A stretch of 64,000 nucleotides of DNA, taken from the NCBI GenBank assembly GCA_963519285.1, contig CAUQMR010000001.1, positions 852 to 64,851 of the forward strand, in the 5' to 3' direction. Shown piece by piece: positions 1 through 8,921 of this stretch (its first letter is position 1; each line of letters opens with the position of its first letter). This stretch comes from an uncultured Candidatus Saccharibacteria bacterium (GTDB lineage Bacteria > Patescibacteriota > Saccharimonadia > Saccharimonadales > Saccharimonadaceae). A program made the position numbers and the translations under genes. The notes under the pieces are model-generated. The model was given only the letters and a program-made list of their open reading frames with translations. It did no database searches and was not told the DNA's origin.

Positions 1-72
1 GCGACTGTCGTGTCCTTTGTTGCCCGGACTTTCCTCTTGACAAGAGTCAAGCGATTGCCTAGTGAACTGCTG
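1..72 (-). ncRNA. rnpB: RNase P RNA, 5' portion (runs off the window start)
   Basis: Minus strand reads GCAGTTCACTAGGCAATCGC-TTGACTCTTGTCAA-GAGGAAAGTCCGGGC: conserved GAGGAAAGUCC core after a short P3 hairpin; TATAAT at 84-79 just upstream. 5' end approximate. Confidence 0.9.
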
Positions 73-141
73 TATCTGATTATATATGCTCTGTAATTAT
101 TCGTCTACCCACCAAGCCCAATTAAAAATATGCAAACAAAA

Positions 142-283
142 AGCCCCCGGGCCATGAACGCTTGATATTCCCCGCATAACGCAAGGTGGGTGCTCGCAAC
201 ATATCACCACGGTGATATATCATATAAAGCTCCCTATCATATGATGTTAGGAAAATCATACGCGCCCATAGACTCAAGGGACT
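142..283 (-). ncRNA. ssrS: 6S RNA (compact, ~142 nt)
   Basis: Ends pair (AGTCCCTTGAGTCTATGGGCGC / GCGTTCATGGCCCGGGGGCT). Internal AACATCATATGATAGGGAGC and GAGCACCCACCTTGCG..GCGGG resemble Firmicutes-type 6S motifs. TATAAT immediately upstream, T-run downstream. Confidence 0.8.
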
Positions 284-290
284 ACTTATA

Positions 291-935
291 TTATACACTA
301 AAAATCAAAATAAATACCTGAAGTGTGTGTACAATCAACCAATTCATAAACAAAGATATAAATGGCGAACCGACCATAACAAGAACCATAATTATGACGA
401 GCCCGTATTGTTCGACCTGTCTCATAAAACCTCTCACAAAATCCGGAGCCAATGCATAGAGCACCCTAGATCCGTCAAGTGGTGGTATGGGGATCATATT
501 GAAAGCAAAAAAGCCCAGATTGACAAATACAAAAGTCTGAAGCATGACGCCGATCAATGATGGCGAAAAACCAAATTTGTCTACAAAGCCTAAACTTACG
601 CCAATACCAAAAAAAGTAAAAGCCAACACTAGATTGGTTAGGGGTCCGACAATCGCCACCAAAGCGACACCCCATTCCCCAAATCGCACCTTATGTGGAT
701 TAAATGGTACTGGTTTGGCTCCACCAAACACCGGAGCACCTAACATCAACAATACTAACGGTAACAAGATAGTTAGGAACGGGTCGATGTGTCTTATAGG
801 ATTGAGCGATAGCCTTCCCTCTGCCTTGGCAGTTTGATCACCTAAAAAATACCCCATAAAAGCATGCATCGCCTCATGAATAGTCATTGATACCAGAATC
901 ACTAACAATGTAGTTATCACTATCGTAAAGTTCAT
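291..935 (-). CDS. Site-2 protease family (M50) membrane metalloprotease
   Basis: HEAMH (HExxH) and NMIPIPPLDG motifs, multiple TM segments. Start set at 935 because the ATG at 944 overlaps a TGGTATAAT box. Confidence 0.9.
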   Translation of the reverse strand: MNFTIVITTLLVILVSMTIHEAMHAFMGYFLGDQTAKAEGRLSLNPIRHIDPFLTILLPLVLLMLGAPVFGGAKPVPFNPHKVRFGEWGVALVAIVGPLTNLVLAFTFFGIGVSLGFVDKFGFSPSLIGVMLQTFVFVNLGFFAFNMIPIPPLDGSRVLYALAPDFVRGFMRQVEQYGLVIIMVLVMVGSPFISLFMNWLIVHTLQVFILIFSV

Positions 936-1017
936 ATATTTCATTATACCATCTTGACTATTTTGTGATATACCGTTACAATATTAGGGATTGTTTAATA
1001 AATGAGAGAGGTTGGAA

Positions 1018-1230
1018 ATGGCATCACGATGCGAACTAACCGGCAAAGGCAAGCAGTACGGCCATAACGTGAGCTTCTCACTGCGACGTACAAAGCGAGT
1101 TTTTAAGCCGAATCTACAAAAAAAGACCTTTACGGTCGGTGGCCAAAAAGTCACAATGGTACTTAGCACCCAGGCGATTCGCACTCTTCGAAAAAAAGGT
1201 ATTCTACAGAGTGCAGCAAAAGCTAATTAA
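1018..1230 (+). CDS. rpmB: 50S ribosomal protein L28
   Basis: MASRCELTGK..GHNVSFSLRRTKRVFKPNLQ is the L28 signature; GAGAGG upstream. Confidence 0.95.
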   Translation: MASRCELTGKGKQYGHNVSFSLRRTKRVFKPNLQKKTFTVGGQKVTMVLSTQAIRTLRKKGILQSAAKAN

Positions 1231-1260
1231 ATAAAATCCTCCATGATGGAGGATTTTATT
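1230..1260. terminator. Bidirectional intrinsic terminator
   Basis: AATAAAATCCTCCA-TGA-TGGAGGATTTTATT hairpin between convergent genes. Confidence 0.8.
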
Positions 1261-1268
1261 TAATCAGA

Positions 1269-1901
1269 TTAACTGCGATCAATTTTTACTACCGTCAATT
1301 GCTCAGGTAGAGCTTCCGCGGACTTAACTTTCCACTTAGTGCCAGCATCTATACCAGAAGCACCTACTTCTTTTAAGAACGTATCTAATACATCCTGTGG
1401 TACCTCATACGCTAATTCTGGATCTGAATAATGAACCGGTATAACAACTCGGGGATCAATTTGCTTAACAATTACTGCTGCTGCCGTAGCATCCAGAGTG
1501 TATCCTCCGCCACCGACAGGCAGTACAACGATATCAGTAACTCCAATTTGCTCTAATTGTTCCTCACTCAACTTTGGGTCAATGTTCCCCAGGACAGCTA
1601 TTCTCACCCCACCTATCAGAAGCTTATAGATCGTACTATTATTCCCCCCTGCATCGATGTGTCGTTGAGCAGGAAAGCCAGCTAACCCAACATCTGCCAC
1701 CTCATACTCACCAGGGCCATCAAATTGTACGCGAGGATTACCTACTGTTGATGCGAATCGGTCTTCAGTGAGTACCTCGACCACATCCTCAACAGATAAG
1801 TCCTTCTTACCAACTAGCGATAGTCTTGGATCAAATACAACCTTTACGTTTTTTGTTGTAAAAATGACAGCATTAGCACCCTTATATTCTATGTCAAACA
1901 T
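1269..1901 (-). CDS. Metallo-beta-lactamase-fold protein (divergent)
   Basis: GPGEYEV, DIVVLPVGG, VIPVHY motifs; the HxHxDH motif is not evident. Confidence 0.75.
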   Translation of the reverse strand: MFDIEYKGANAVIFTTKNVKVVFDPRLSLVGKKDLSVEDVVEVLTEDRFASTVGNPRVQFDGPGEYEVADVGLAGFPAQRHIDAGGNNSTIYKLLIGGVRIAVLGNIDPKLSEEQLEQIGVTDIVVLPVGGGGYTLDATAAAVIVKQIDPRVVIPVHYSDPELAYEVPQDVLDTFLKEVGASGIDAGTKWKVKSAEALPEQLTVVKIDRS

Positions 1902-1910
1902 ATTGTCTCC

Positions 1911-2501
1911 TTATTTTAATATTCTATCTACATCAACTAACACTGAATGCTTACCACTCAAAATATCAGTCACAAACCTATCACGAACGCTCAACCGATA
2001 ATAGAAGTCATCATATGATAACACGGCATAGTTAAGGCTCTTCTTTTCTAGTTTTTCGGCTTTATCCATCAATTTTTCCAGCTGAGATTGTACGATCTCA
2101 CCCACAACCAATAAATCTACTCGACTAGCAGAACCTCTAACTAACGTTCCTGCTGCTATGGCAAGCCGCAAACCAGAGAGTTGACCCACTTTAGCTAACC
2201 AAGTTGTGTCTTTTGCGACAGCTTTTGGCTCTTTTGCTTTAGGTGAGTTATCAGCAAATATCATAGATAAAGCCTCGAAATATTGGTACTGTTGATTGAC
2301 TGCATAGTACAGCTTATTGTCAGCATTATCAGACACAATGATACCGACATTCATCATATTGGCTAATTCACGCCTCACGGAATTAATCTGCTCATCAATA
2401 AGACGCGTAATCTCTCGCACGTAGAATGATTTTCCGGGATTATTTAAGAATAAATGCAACAGCTTTACTCTTGTTTTTGAACCAAATAACGAATCGATCA
2501 T
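1911..2501 (-). CDS. Winged-helix protein with C-terminal degenerate minimal nucleotidyltransferase-like domain
   Basis: LFGSKTRVKLL..YVREITR..INSVRREL wHTH; AGTLVRG..VDLLVVG resembles the GS..DxD NTase fold. Confidence 0.7.
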   Translation of the reverse strand: MIDSLFGSKTRVKLLHLFLNNPGKSFYVREITRLIDEQINSVRRELANMMNVGIIVSDNADNKLYYAVNQQYQYFEALSMIFADNSPKAKEPKAVAKDTTWLAKVGQLSGLRLAIAAGTLVRGSASRVDLLVVGEIVQSQLEKLMDKAEKLEKKSLNYAVLSYDDFYYRLSVRDRFVTDILSGKHSVLVDVDRILK

Positions 2502-2516
2502 TGCACAATAATTGTA

Positions 2517-3410
2517 TCACGGATTGCCCAGGTGAGCCAGTATCTGTGATAAATAGTGTTCAGCTGAATATAGGTCACACCACACAATATAGGGGTTGCG
2601 TCTCAACCAAGTCATTTGGCGTTTGGCTAATTGCCGATCACTAACAATCATCCTCTGCATCATTTCAGCGTAGTCAATTTTACTACATATATATTGACGT
2701 ATTATAGGATAGACATTACCCGTCATCGCCTCACTACACCAGTCATACTTACTGCCCAAGTATGTTGCCTCCTCTACAACATTATTAGTCAACAGTTGTT
2801 CAACCCGTTGAGCAACTCTGTTAGCCAGTTTATTTTTTTCTGTTGCTATTCCTACAACAATAGTATTCTCTTGTATTGATGCATTTTTTACTACAGTTTG
2901 AGCACTTCGTTCGATGGCCCGAACGACATAGCGTTTATTATATTTATTCTCCGGCAAAGACATGTTGTTATTAACACAATACTTATGTAGGTCTTCTATG
3001 CTCATATATTCTAGTCTCTGACGATACCTTTCATCGCTCCTATTCGCAAAACTAAAATTAAAAATAACCCCATCTATATATAATCCGGTACCCCCAACCA
3101 GAAATGGTATGTTGCCACGGTCGCGAATTTCTGCAATCTTTTTTGTTGCATACTCCTTAAAATCAGCAGCCGAGAAAAGCTGCCCTGGTTCCACTAAATC
3201 AAGCCCCCAATGGGCTACGCCTTGCATCTCCATGGGGGTTGGCTTGGCAGTTCCTATGTCCATGTCGCGGTACACTGTCCTGCTGTCTGCACAGATAATC
3301 TCGCCGCCAAACTTTTTTGCTAATTTTATAGCCAGGGACGTTTTGCCGCTCGCCGTCGGACCGGTAATAACAATCAAAGGCGCTGTTTGCTCTAGCTTAT
3401 TGGCTTCCAT
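2517..3410 (-). CDS. miaA: tRNA dimethylallyltransferase
   Basis: GPTASGKT, ADSRTVYRDMDIGTAKP, VGGTGLY, LAKRQMTW. Confidence 0.97.
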   Translation of the reverse strand: MEANKLEQTAPLIVITGPTASGKTSLAIKLAKKFGGEIICADSRTVYRDMDIGTAKPTPMEMQGVAHWGLDLVEPGQLFSAADFKEYATKKIAEIRDRGNIPFLVGGTGLYIDGVIFNFSFANRSDERYRQRLEYMSIEDLHKYCVNNNMSLPENKYNKRYVVRAIERSAQTVVKNASIQENTIVVGIATEKNKLANRVAQRVEQLLTNNVVEEATYLGSKYDWCSEAMTGNVYPIIRQYICSKIDYAEMMQRMIVSDRQLAKRQMTWLRRNPYIVWCDLYSAEHYLSQILAHLGNP

Positions 3411-3697
3411 CGCCGCTCCTCAAAATCAATTATTCGCCATCGTGCGTCACAAAAAATCCCATCTTGTTCAAGCAATTGTTTTTGTGCCCCTTGACCACCA
3501 GGAAAACCGACAGCTAATCCACCCTTAGCATTAACCAAGCGATGCCATGGTAAATCCAAAACTCCATTATGGGCGATACCTCCAACGATACGCGCTGCAT
3601 ATGGATGCCCAGCCATGGCGGCTAAGTCTCCATAGGTAGTGACTTTGTCATTTGGTAATTGCGCCATCAATTCATAAACTTTATCGCGCAAGCTCAT
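3392..3697 (-). CDS. Alkyltransferase-like protein (ATL, MGMT family)
   Basis: TTYGDLA..ARIVG, and PWHRLV with Trp in place of the catalytic Cys of PCHR. Start uncertain (3697 ATG vs 3715 TTG). Confidence 0.85.
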   Translation of the reverse strand: MSLRDKVYELMAQLPNDKVTTYGDLAAMAGHPYAARIVGGIAHNGVLDLPWHRLVNAKGGLAVGFPGGQGAQKQLLEQDGIFCDARWRIIDFEERRWKPIS

Positions 3698-3749
3698 CGC
3701 TGATAGTTTGTTCAATATATTACTCCAAGTTACTTGGCTATTTCATTGG

Positions 3750-5564
3750 TTATTGTATGTTCTGAATATAGCTAGCCAATTGATCAATCGAAATTTGTTC
3801 TTCGCCCTTACGAGTACGCACACTAACGGCACGTGCCGCTTTATCTCTTGGGCCAACAATAATCTGTGTTGGTATTTTTACAACAGTTGCTTCACGAACC
3901 TTCTTGCCAATTGATTCATTTCGAATGTCTGTTGTAAATCTGACTTCATTATATTTTACTGGTTGCATCAAAGTAACCCCTGATAAAATCGTTGTTATTT
4001 CATCAACATAGTCCATAACAGTGTCATTGATCGTCAAAATACGCACCTGTTCTGGTGCCGCCCAAAATGGAAACCAACCACCTGTGTGCTCGATGAATAC
4101 GCTCAAGAATCGTTCGATTGAACCCAGCAACGCGCAGTGAATCATCACAGGTGTTGTAAAATTACCATCACTCTCTGTATACTCCAAGCCAAACCGTTGC
4201 GGCTGCACAAAGTCTAATTGTACTGTCGCAACTTGGTGTTCACGACCGATAGCATCGGTTGCCATGAAGTCAATTTTTGGTCCGTAAAAAGCAGCCTCAC
4301 CTTCCTGCTCAAAATAGTCCAGACCAACTTTTTCAACTGCTGATTTCAACTGGTTTTGTGCAGAAGCCCATAGCTCACGTTCGCCCAAATATGCATCAGA
4401 ATCATCACGATAACTCAGTCGAACTCGCAGCTTCATATCAATGGTATCGTACAGTTCTCGTGCAGCAGACAATAAATTATTGATCTCTTGCTCAATCTGG
4501 TCTGGACGACAAAAGACATGACTATCATCCTGGGTCAACGAACGCACACGATTCAAACCACCCAGTTCACCAGTTTTTTCGTCACGATAGTCAGTGGTTG
4601 TCTCCAAATAGCGTACCGGCATATCACGGTAACTGCGCGGCTGTGAAGCAAAAATTTGCGTATGGTGTGGGCAATTCATCGGCTTTAGCGCCATTTCATC
4701 ACTAGTTTCCTGACTTTTAACCAAAAACAGCTCTTCACCAAATTTGGCCCAATGGCCTGATGTTTCATACAGATCCTTTTTGGTGATATGTGGCGTCCAG
4801 ACTTTTTCAAAACCAAATCTCTGGCGTAATTGATTTGAATACTGCGCCACGATATCGCGCAGAATAGTTCCACGAGGCGTAAATAACGGCAAACCAACCC
4901 CCACGAGCGGCGAGGTGGTGTACAAATCAAGCTCCTTGCCTAACTTGCGGTGATCACGCTGTTTGGCCAGTTCTAATTTCTTCAAATATTCATCCAGCTC
5001 TTCCTGCGTGGCAAAAGCCACACCGTACAATCGCTGCATTTGAGGATTTTTTTCATTACCGCGCCAGTAAGCGCCTGCAACCCGCATTAATTTAAACGCA
5101 CCAACTTCACTGGTATTTGCAACATGCGGTCCGCGACATAGGTCCCTAAACGATCCGTTCGTATAGAATGAGACCTCATCAAGCGCACTATCGCCTTCGG
5201 TAATTGTGCCCATTTCTGCGGCATCCAGATCTTTTGCCACTGTCGTTCCGGCACGTTTCAGGTCGTTAAGAAGCTCTTCTTTGTATGGCTGATGATTATC
5301 CTTGGCCCATTGAATCGCTTCGTCAATTGGACATTTGGTGCAAATAAAGTCCTGCTTCTCGGCAATAATTCGGCGCATTACCTTTTCAATTTTATTGAAT
5401 TGTTGCTCACTAATCTTTGTTTCGCCAAGATCAATATCATAATAAAACCCGTGTTCAACAACCGGACCAACCCCAAACTTAGCATCTGGCCATAACTGCT
5501 GCACGGCTGTTGCCATGATGTGTGCTAGGCTGTGTCGCATTGCATAGAGTTTATCTTCGCCCAT
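3750..5564 (-). CDS. thrS: Threonine--tRNA ligase
   Basis: RHSLAH, DLCRGPHV, RDHRKLG, LKPMNCPHH, GEAAFYGPKID; AAAGGAGG Shine-Dalgarno. Confidence 0.98.
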   Translation of the reverse strand: MGEDKLYAMRHSLAHIMATAVQQLWPDAKFGVGPVVEHGFYYDIDLGETKISEQQFNKIEKVMRRIIAEKQDFICTKCPIDEAIQWAKDNHQPYKEELLNDLKRAGTTVAKDLDAAEMGTITEGDSALDEVSFYTNGSFRDLCRGPHVANTSEVGAFKLMRVAGAYWRGNEKNPQMQRLYGVAFATQEELDEYLKKLELAKQRDHRKLGKELDLYTTSPLVGVGLPLFTPRGTILRDIVAQYSNQLRQRFGFEKVWTPHITKKDLYETSGHWAKFGEELFLVKSQETSDEMALKPMNCPHHTQIFASQPRSYRDMPVRYLETTTDYRDEKTGELGGLNRVRSLTQDDSHVFCRPDQIEQEINNLLSAARELYDTIDMKLRVRLSYRDDSDAYLGERELWASAQNQLKSAVEKVGLDYFEQEGEAAFYGPKIDFMATDAIGREHQVATVQLDFVQPQRFGLEYTESDGNFTTPVMIHCALLGSIERFLSVFIEHTGGWFPFWAAPEQVRILTINDTVMDYVDEITTILSGVTLMQPVKYNEVRFTTDIRNESIGKKVREATVVKIPTQIIVGPRDKAARAVSVRTRKGEEQISIDQLASYIQNIQ

Positions 5565-5756
5565 AGAACCTCCTTTAATGTCCTGGATACATTTGGCTTA
5601 AATAATGAATAAGATATTTATATGCCTCGGGCCAGAAAAACTGGCGGTTCCACCTTGGCGATTCTCTTGCTCCGACTGTTATCGTTCATTCAAAACGCAT
5701 GCGTCGCAACCGCTTCCATGAGGTTCCGAAGATGGTTAGTCTTCATCACTACCTTG
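5565..5756 (-). promoter_or_regulatory. T-box riboswitch leader of thrS
   Basis: AAGG-TGGAACC-GCCAG/CTGGC antiterminator-like element (bulge at 5652-5646); candidate specifier GGA-ACC (Thr) at 5724-5722; TGGTATAAT at 5770-5762. Confidence 0.75.
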
Positions 5757-5878
5757 CGGTTATTATACCAGCTAATGGCAACTCTCTCAACAAAAGCTAT
5801 TTTGCTATCACTAAACACTCTACAATCACTATATCTTGTAGGATTGGAGTATTTCTGATACTATCAGTACAAGCACGG

Positions 5879-5955
5879 GGGCGATTAGCTCATTTGGCTA
5901 GAGCGCAGCATTGACGTTGCTGAGGTGATAGGTTCGAATCCTATATCGCCCACCA
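5879..5955 (+). tRNA. tRNA-Val(GAC)
   Basis: GGGCGAT/ATCGCCC acceptor stem, CAGCA-TTGACGT-TGCTG anticodon arm, GGTTCGAATCC, encoded CCA; terminator hairpin follows (~5961-5983). Confidence 0.97.
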
Positions 5956-6068
5956 CACTAAGCACCTTTACGGGTGTTTTTTTATTTACTCACATATTCA
6001 CACCATGATATATCAATTGTGAGATTGTTCTATTGACTTTTTAAACCATTTATGCTAATATGTAAGAT

Positions 6069-6218
6069 ATGAGTAATCGTGCCACTACTAACGTGATCGC
6101 GTCATCAAAAAAACAAGACGCATCACTTCTCAGCAAAATCACTATCCATTTCGAATATGACAAGCAGATCAAGGAAGTTCGTGCTAACTACTGCAGGATG
6201 AACGAGAAAGTAAAATAA
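6069..6218 (+). CDS. Putative small protein (49 aa), not in the ORF track
   Basis: MSNRATTNVIASSKKQDASLLSKITIHFEYDKQIKEVRANYCRMNEKVK; preceded by a TTGACT..TGCTAATAT promoter-like sequence with the ATG 7 nt after the -10 box. Confidence 0.5.
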   Translation: MSNRATTNVIASSKKQDASLLSKITIHFEYDKQIKEVRANYCRMNEKVK

Positions 6219-6335
6219 CCATCAGAGACCATTTCACCCCTATCCCCAGTAATAACTCTGGGGATATTTCTTTATCCACTACACACTTATGGTTTTCCAC
6301 TAGATTTTTTAATAGCGTTATGTCAATATATAGAC

Positions 6336-6800
6336 ATGATATGTATAAATTGTTTTCACAACAAAACTCGTGTGATAAACTCACGAAAGCATAAAAAGTA
6401 CCCTCAGCTGTGGCGGCGAAGATCTTGCGACAACTGTCACACTACTTTTACTACGTATGAATATCCCTCAATTGATAACACACCAGTCGTCAAAAAAACA
6501 ACCGAGGAACCTTTCAATATTGGTAGATTGACGCTCAGCATCGCAAAGAGCCTCCAACACAATGACCATTCAGCGAAATATGATAGCTTTCATCTGGCAC
6601 AGACTGTTCAGAGAAATCTCCTCATTAAGAATATGGCAACAATACCAGTAGATAGTATCACCAAAGAAGTTCACACTGTACTCACTAGATACGACCCTGT
6701 GGCAGCCATACAGTACGCCGCCCAGCACAAATTGCTTATTTCGAAGCGCCGCCCTGGTCGTCCTTCGACCGGTTACGTTCTGCCTTCAATCGATCATTAA
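6336..6800 (+). CDS. nrdR: NrdR-like transcriptional regulator
   Basis: MICINC..TRVINSR..WRRRSCDNCHTTFTTYE Zn ribbon followed by a divergent ATP-cone-like region. Confidence 0.8.
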   Translation: MICINCFHNKTRVINSRKHKKYPQLWRRRSCDNCHTTFTTYEYPSIDNTPVVKKTTEEPFNIGRLTLSIAKSLQHNDHSAKYDSFHLAQTVQRNLLIKNMATIPVDSITKEVHTVLTRYDPVAAIQYAAQHKLLISKRRPGRPSTGYVLPSIDH

Positions 6801-8415
6801 TATCAACGGTTAGTTTCTCGGTAACATCAAACTTATCTAGATATCGTCCCGTCATTAGCTTCGTTTGAGCAGCATACGCCGCCATGGAGCTATACAGAAT
6901 AGACGTAACTGGCATCAAGATCCACTGTATCAACATCAAGAAAGTACGTCGCTTCTTATAGCGCGCTGGGCGCGGCGGTAAAATCTTAAATGAAGAAAAG
7001 ATAGCAATCACCATACCAAGCATCGCAATAGTCTGTAATAAGCTGATCGTACCAGGCAACTGATGGGCATCTATGTTTCGTACTGCCTCTGGGTTTAATA
7101 GAAGTGGTAACCACGCTCCGAAAGCCGTTACAAGCGCTACGTACGCTAATGTGACATGACCGTCCAATAACCTCAAAAAACGCGTCAGACTTGGCCAGAA
7201 TGGTGCTCGGCGCTTAGAACTGAACACCCGAGACCCTACATAAGCAACGTCAGAGGCACCATATGCCCAACGACGAAGCTGAACAAACTGTGCCTTTAGC
7301 GTCTTTTTATACGTTTCTGACAAAACTGCATCTTGATAGATTGGTGCATATATTGGCACTACCCCGTATTTACCATCGAAATGGAAATAACTACGCCAAT
7401 ATTGGTGCCCGTCCTCAACGATCGTCCTGACGCTCCAAAAATCCATTTCCACTAGCGCATCCATCGGTTGCGCATGTGATGCAAAATTCCTTAAAGCATA
7501 TGGGCGCATTGAACTAACAATATTCCAAAATGAGTTGCCCGTTGCGATCACGCGCATAGGTGCTGGCACGTCCCATATGTTATTGGTAAACAATGCAATC
7601 GGCTGATACGATAAGTTCTTGCGATCTTTATAGACAATGTATTCATAGGTGATGTAATCAAAATAGGTGGGGTGTGGTTTGTTGTCACAGTCCATTGTGG
7701 TGACCAACACCTGAGAGAAATCTATCCCAAGGTCACCCAGATAGCTTTTCAGCCAACGCCCTGCATGCGTGATGTTGCCACCCTTACCTATCACCTCATG
7801 TTCTATGCCCTTTGGATGCTCAACAATATGGAACGAATGGAACGCATCGTTATATTTCTTTTGTAGTGTCTCGGCGGTTTTTTTAATTTCAGCGCCTCCG
7901 CGCTCCTCATAGGCAAATACGACAATGAGACGCGACAGATCATAGGTTGTATCTAGTAGCGACTGAACTGCGGGCTCAATAATTTCAATACTCTCATTGT
8001 ATGCTGGCATAATGATTGCATTATAAATTTGTGAGGGCTTAGGATAGTCTGATGGTTCATCAATGATACTTTGTAGGTTTCTCAGATGGGTCTTATATTC
8101 AAACTGCTTGTTTTTTGTAGCAAACAACCTAGCATGAGCAGCTGCTGGATCTTCAAGGTCATGTAGCCTTTGCGACCAGTCTACCTGACAGGCTTTCTCC
8201 ATGTTTGTACGACCAACCAACATATGATAGCTGATGCCAAAAATCTTTATGAGAGCCATGGATATCAAGACCAATAGATACACAGAAGCGAGCAATGGAT
8301 TAAAAATTGATAGCAAAATTAATAGAATGATGACGCCATAGCTCAGCATTCCAGGCAGCATCTCTAAGAAACGGTAGAATGGTTTTCGTTTGCCTACAGG
8401 TATTTCTAAATCCAT
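6736..8415 (-). CDS. Membrane glycosyltransferase family 2 protein
   Basis: IMPAYNE, KGGN, MDCD (DxD), VEDG and QLRRW motifs of processive GT2 enzymes; flanking TM helices. Confidence 0.88.
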   Translation of the reverse strand: MDLEIPVGKRKPFYRFLEMLPGMLSYGVIILLILLSIFNPLLASVYLLVLISMALIKIFGISYHMLVGRTNMEKACQVDWSQRLHDLEDPAAAHARLFATKNKQFEYKTHLRNLQSIIDEPSDYPKPSQIYNAIIMPAYNESIEIIEPAVQSLLDTTYDLSRLIVVFAYEERGGAEIKKTAETLQKKYNDAFHSFHIVEHPKGIEHEVIGKGGNITHAGRWLKSYLGDLGIDFSQVLVTTMDCDNKPHPTYFDYITYEYIVYKDRKNLSYQPIALFTNNIWDVPAPMRVIATGNSFWNIVSSMRPYALRNFASHAQPMDALVEMDFWSVRTIVEDGHQYWRSYFHFDGKYGVVPIYAPIYQDAVLSETYKKTLKAQFVQLRRWAYGASDVAYVGSRVFSSKRRAPFWPSLTRFLRLLDGHVTLAYVALVTAFGAWLPLLLNPEAVRNIDAHQLPGTISLLQTIAMLGMVIAIFSSFKILPPRPARYKKRRTFLMLIQWILMPVTSILYSSMAAYAAQTKLMTGRYLDKFDVTEKLTVDINDRLKAERNRSKDDQGGASK

Positions 8416-8420
8416 ATCAT

Positions 8421-8798
8421 TTATCCAAATGAAGCAATTCGTAATATTGGTAATGCAAACAATAAGAGGATGGCTGAAAAGCCAATAGTTCCCCAGGCTA
8501 GAGCTAAGCCAAGATGACGACGCTCCAGCTTCACTAGTTTAACTGCAAGAATACTGTGCCCCAGAATAGCAACAACTTCCAGCAAAGCATAAAACCACAG
8601 TGTGTACCAATAGTCTCTATATAGACTTGTGATACCAAAGGCACTATATTGGGTGATAACCTGTGTTTCACGCGGTTTTATGTGAGCCGCCAAAACGATC
8701 ACGACGATGACGGCAAAAATGATGTTAAAAATTATCAAACCGGCCAACCAGCGGTCGTTCATAATAGTCTTAATACTCGTCGTTATCTCTTGTTTCAT
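8421..8798 (-). CDS. Hypothetical membrane protein (3 TM)
   Basis: 125 aa ORF with three hydrophobic segments, 5 nt upstream of the GT2 start. Confidence 0.75.
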   Translation of the reverse strand: MKQEITTSIKTIMNDRWLAGLIIFNIIFAVIVVIVLAAHIKPRETQVITQYSAFGITSLYRDYWYTLWFYALLEVVAILGHSILAVKLVKLERRHLGLALAWGTIGFSAILLLFALPILRIASFG

Positions 8799-8805
8799 AC
8801 TACTA

Positions 8806-8881
8806 TGGAGCCGCTGACCGGATTCGAACCGGTGGCCTACGCTTTACGAAAGCGCCGCTCTACCGACTGAGCTACAGCGGC
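8806..8881 (-). tRNA. tRNA-Thr(CGT)
   Basis: GCCGCTG/CAGCGGC acceptor stem, GCGCT-TTCGTAA-AGCGT anticodon arm, GGTTCGAATCC, encoded CCA. Confidence 0.96.
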
Positions 8882-8921
8882 AAGACTCCTCCGCATAATT
8901 ATATCAGATGTGGATTATTTT

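Noticed and set aside
5990..6335. NrdR boxes upstream of nrdR
   Set aside because: Only weak partial resemblance to the NrdR-box palindrome; not supportable by eye.
6736..6800. 65-nt convergent overlap of nrdR and GT2 (also 57139-57170) as antisense regulation
   Set aside because: Short tail-to-tail overlaps are common in compact genomes, and nothing else supports a regulatory role.
8886..8915. dif-like site (CCGCATAATTATATCAGATGTGG)
   Set aside because: The XerD arm matches poorly, and the sequence is explained by the TATAAT promoter of tRNA-Thr on the minus strand.
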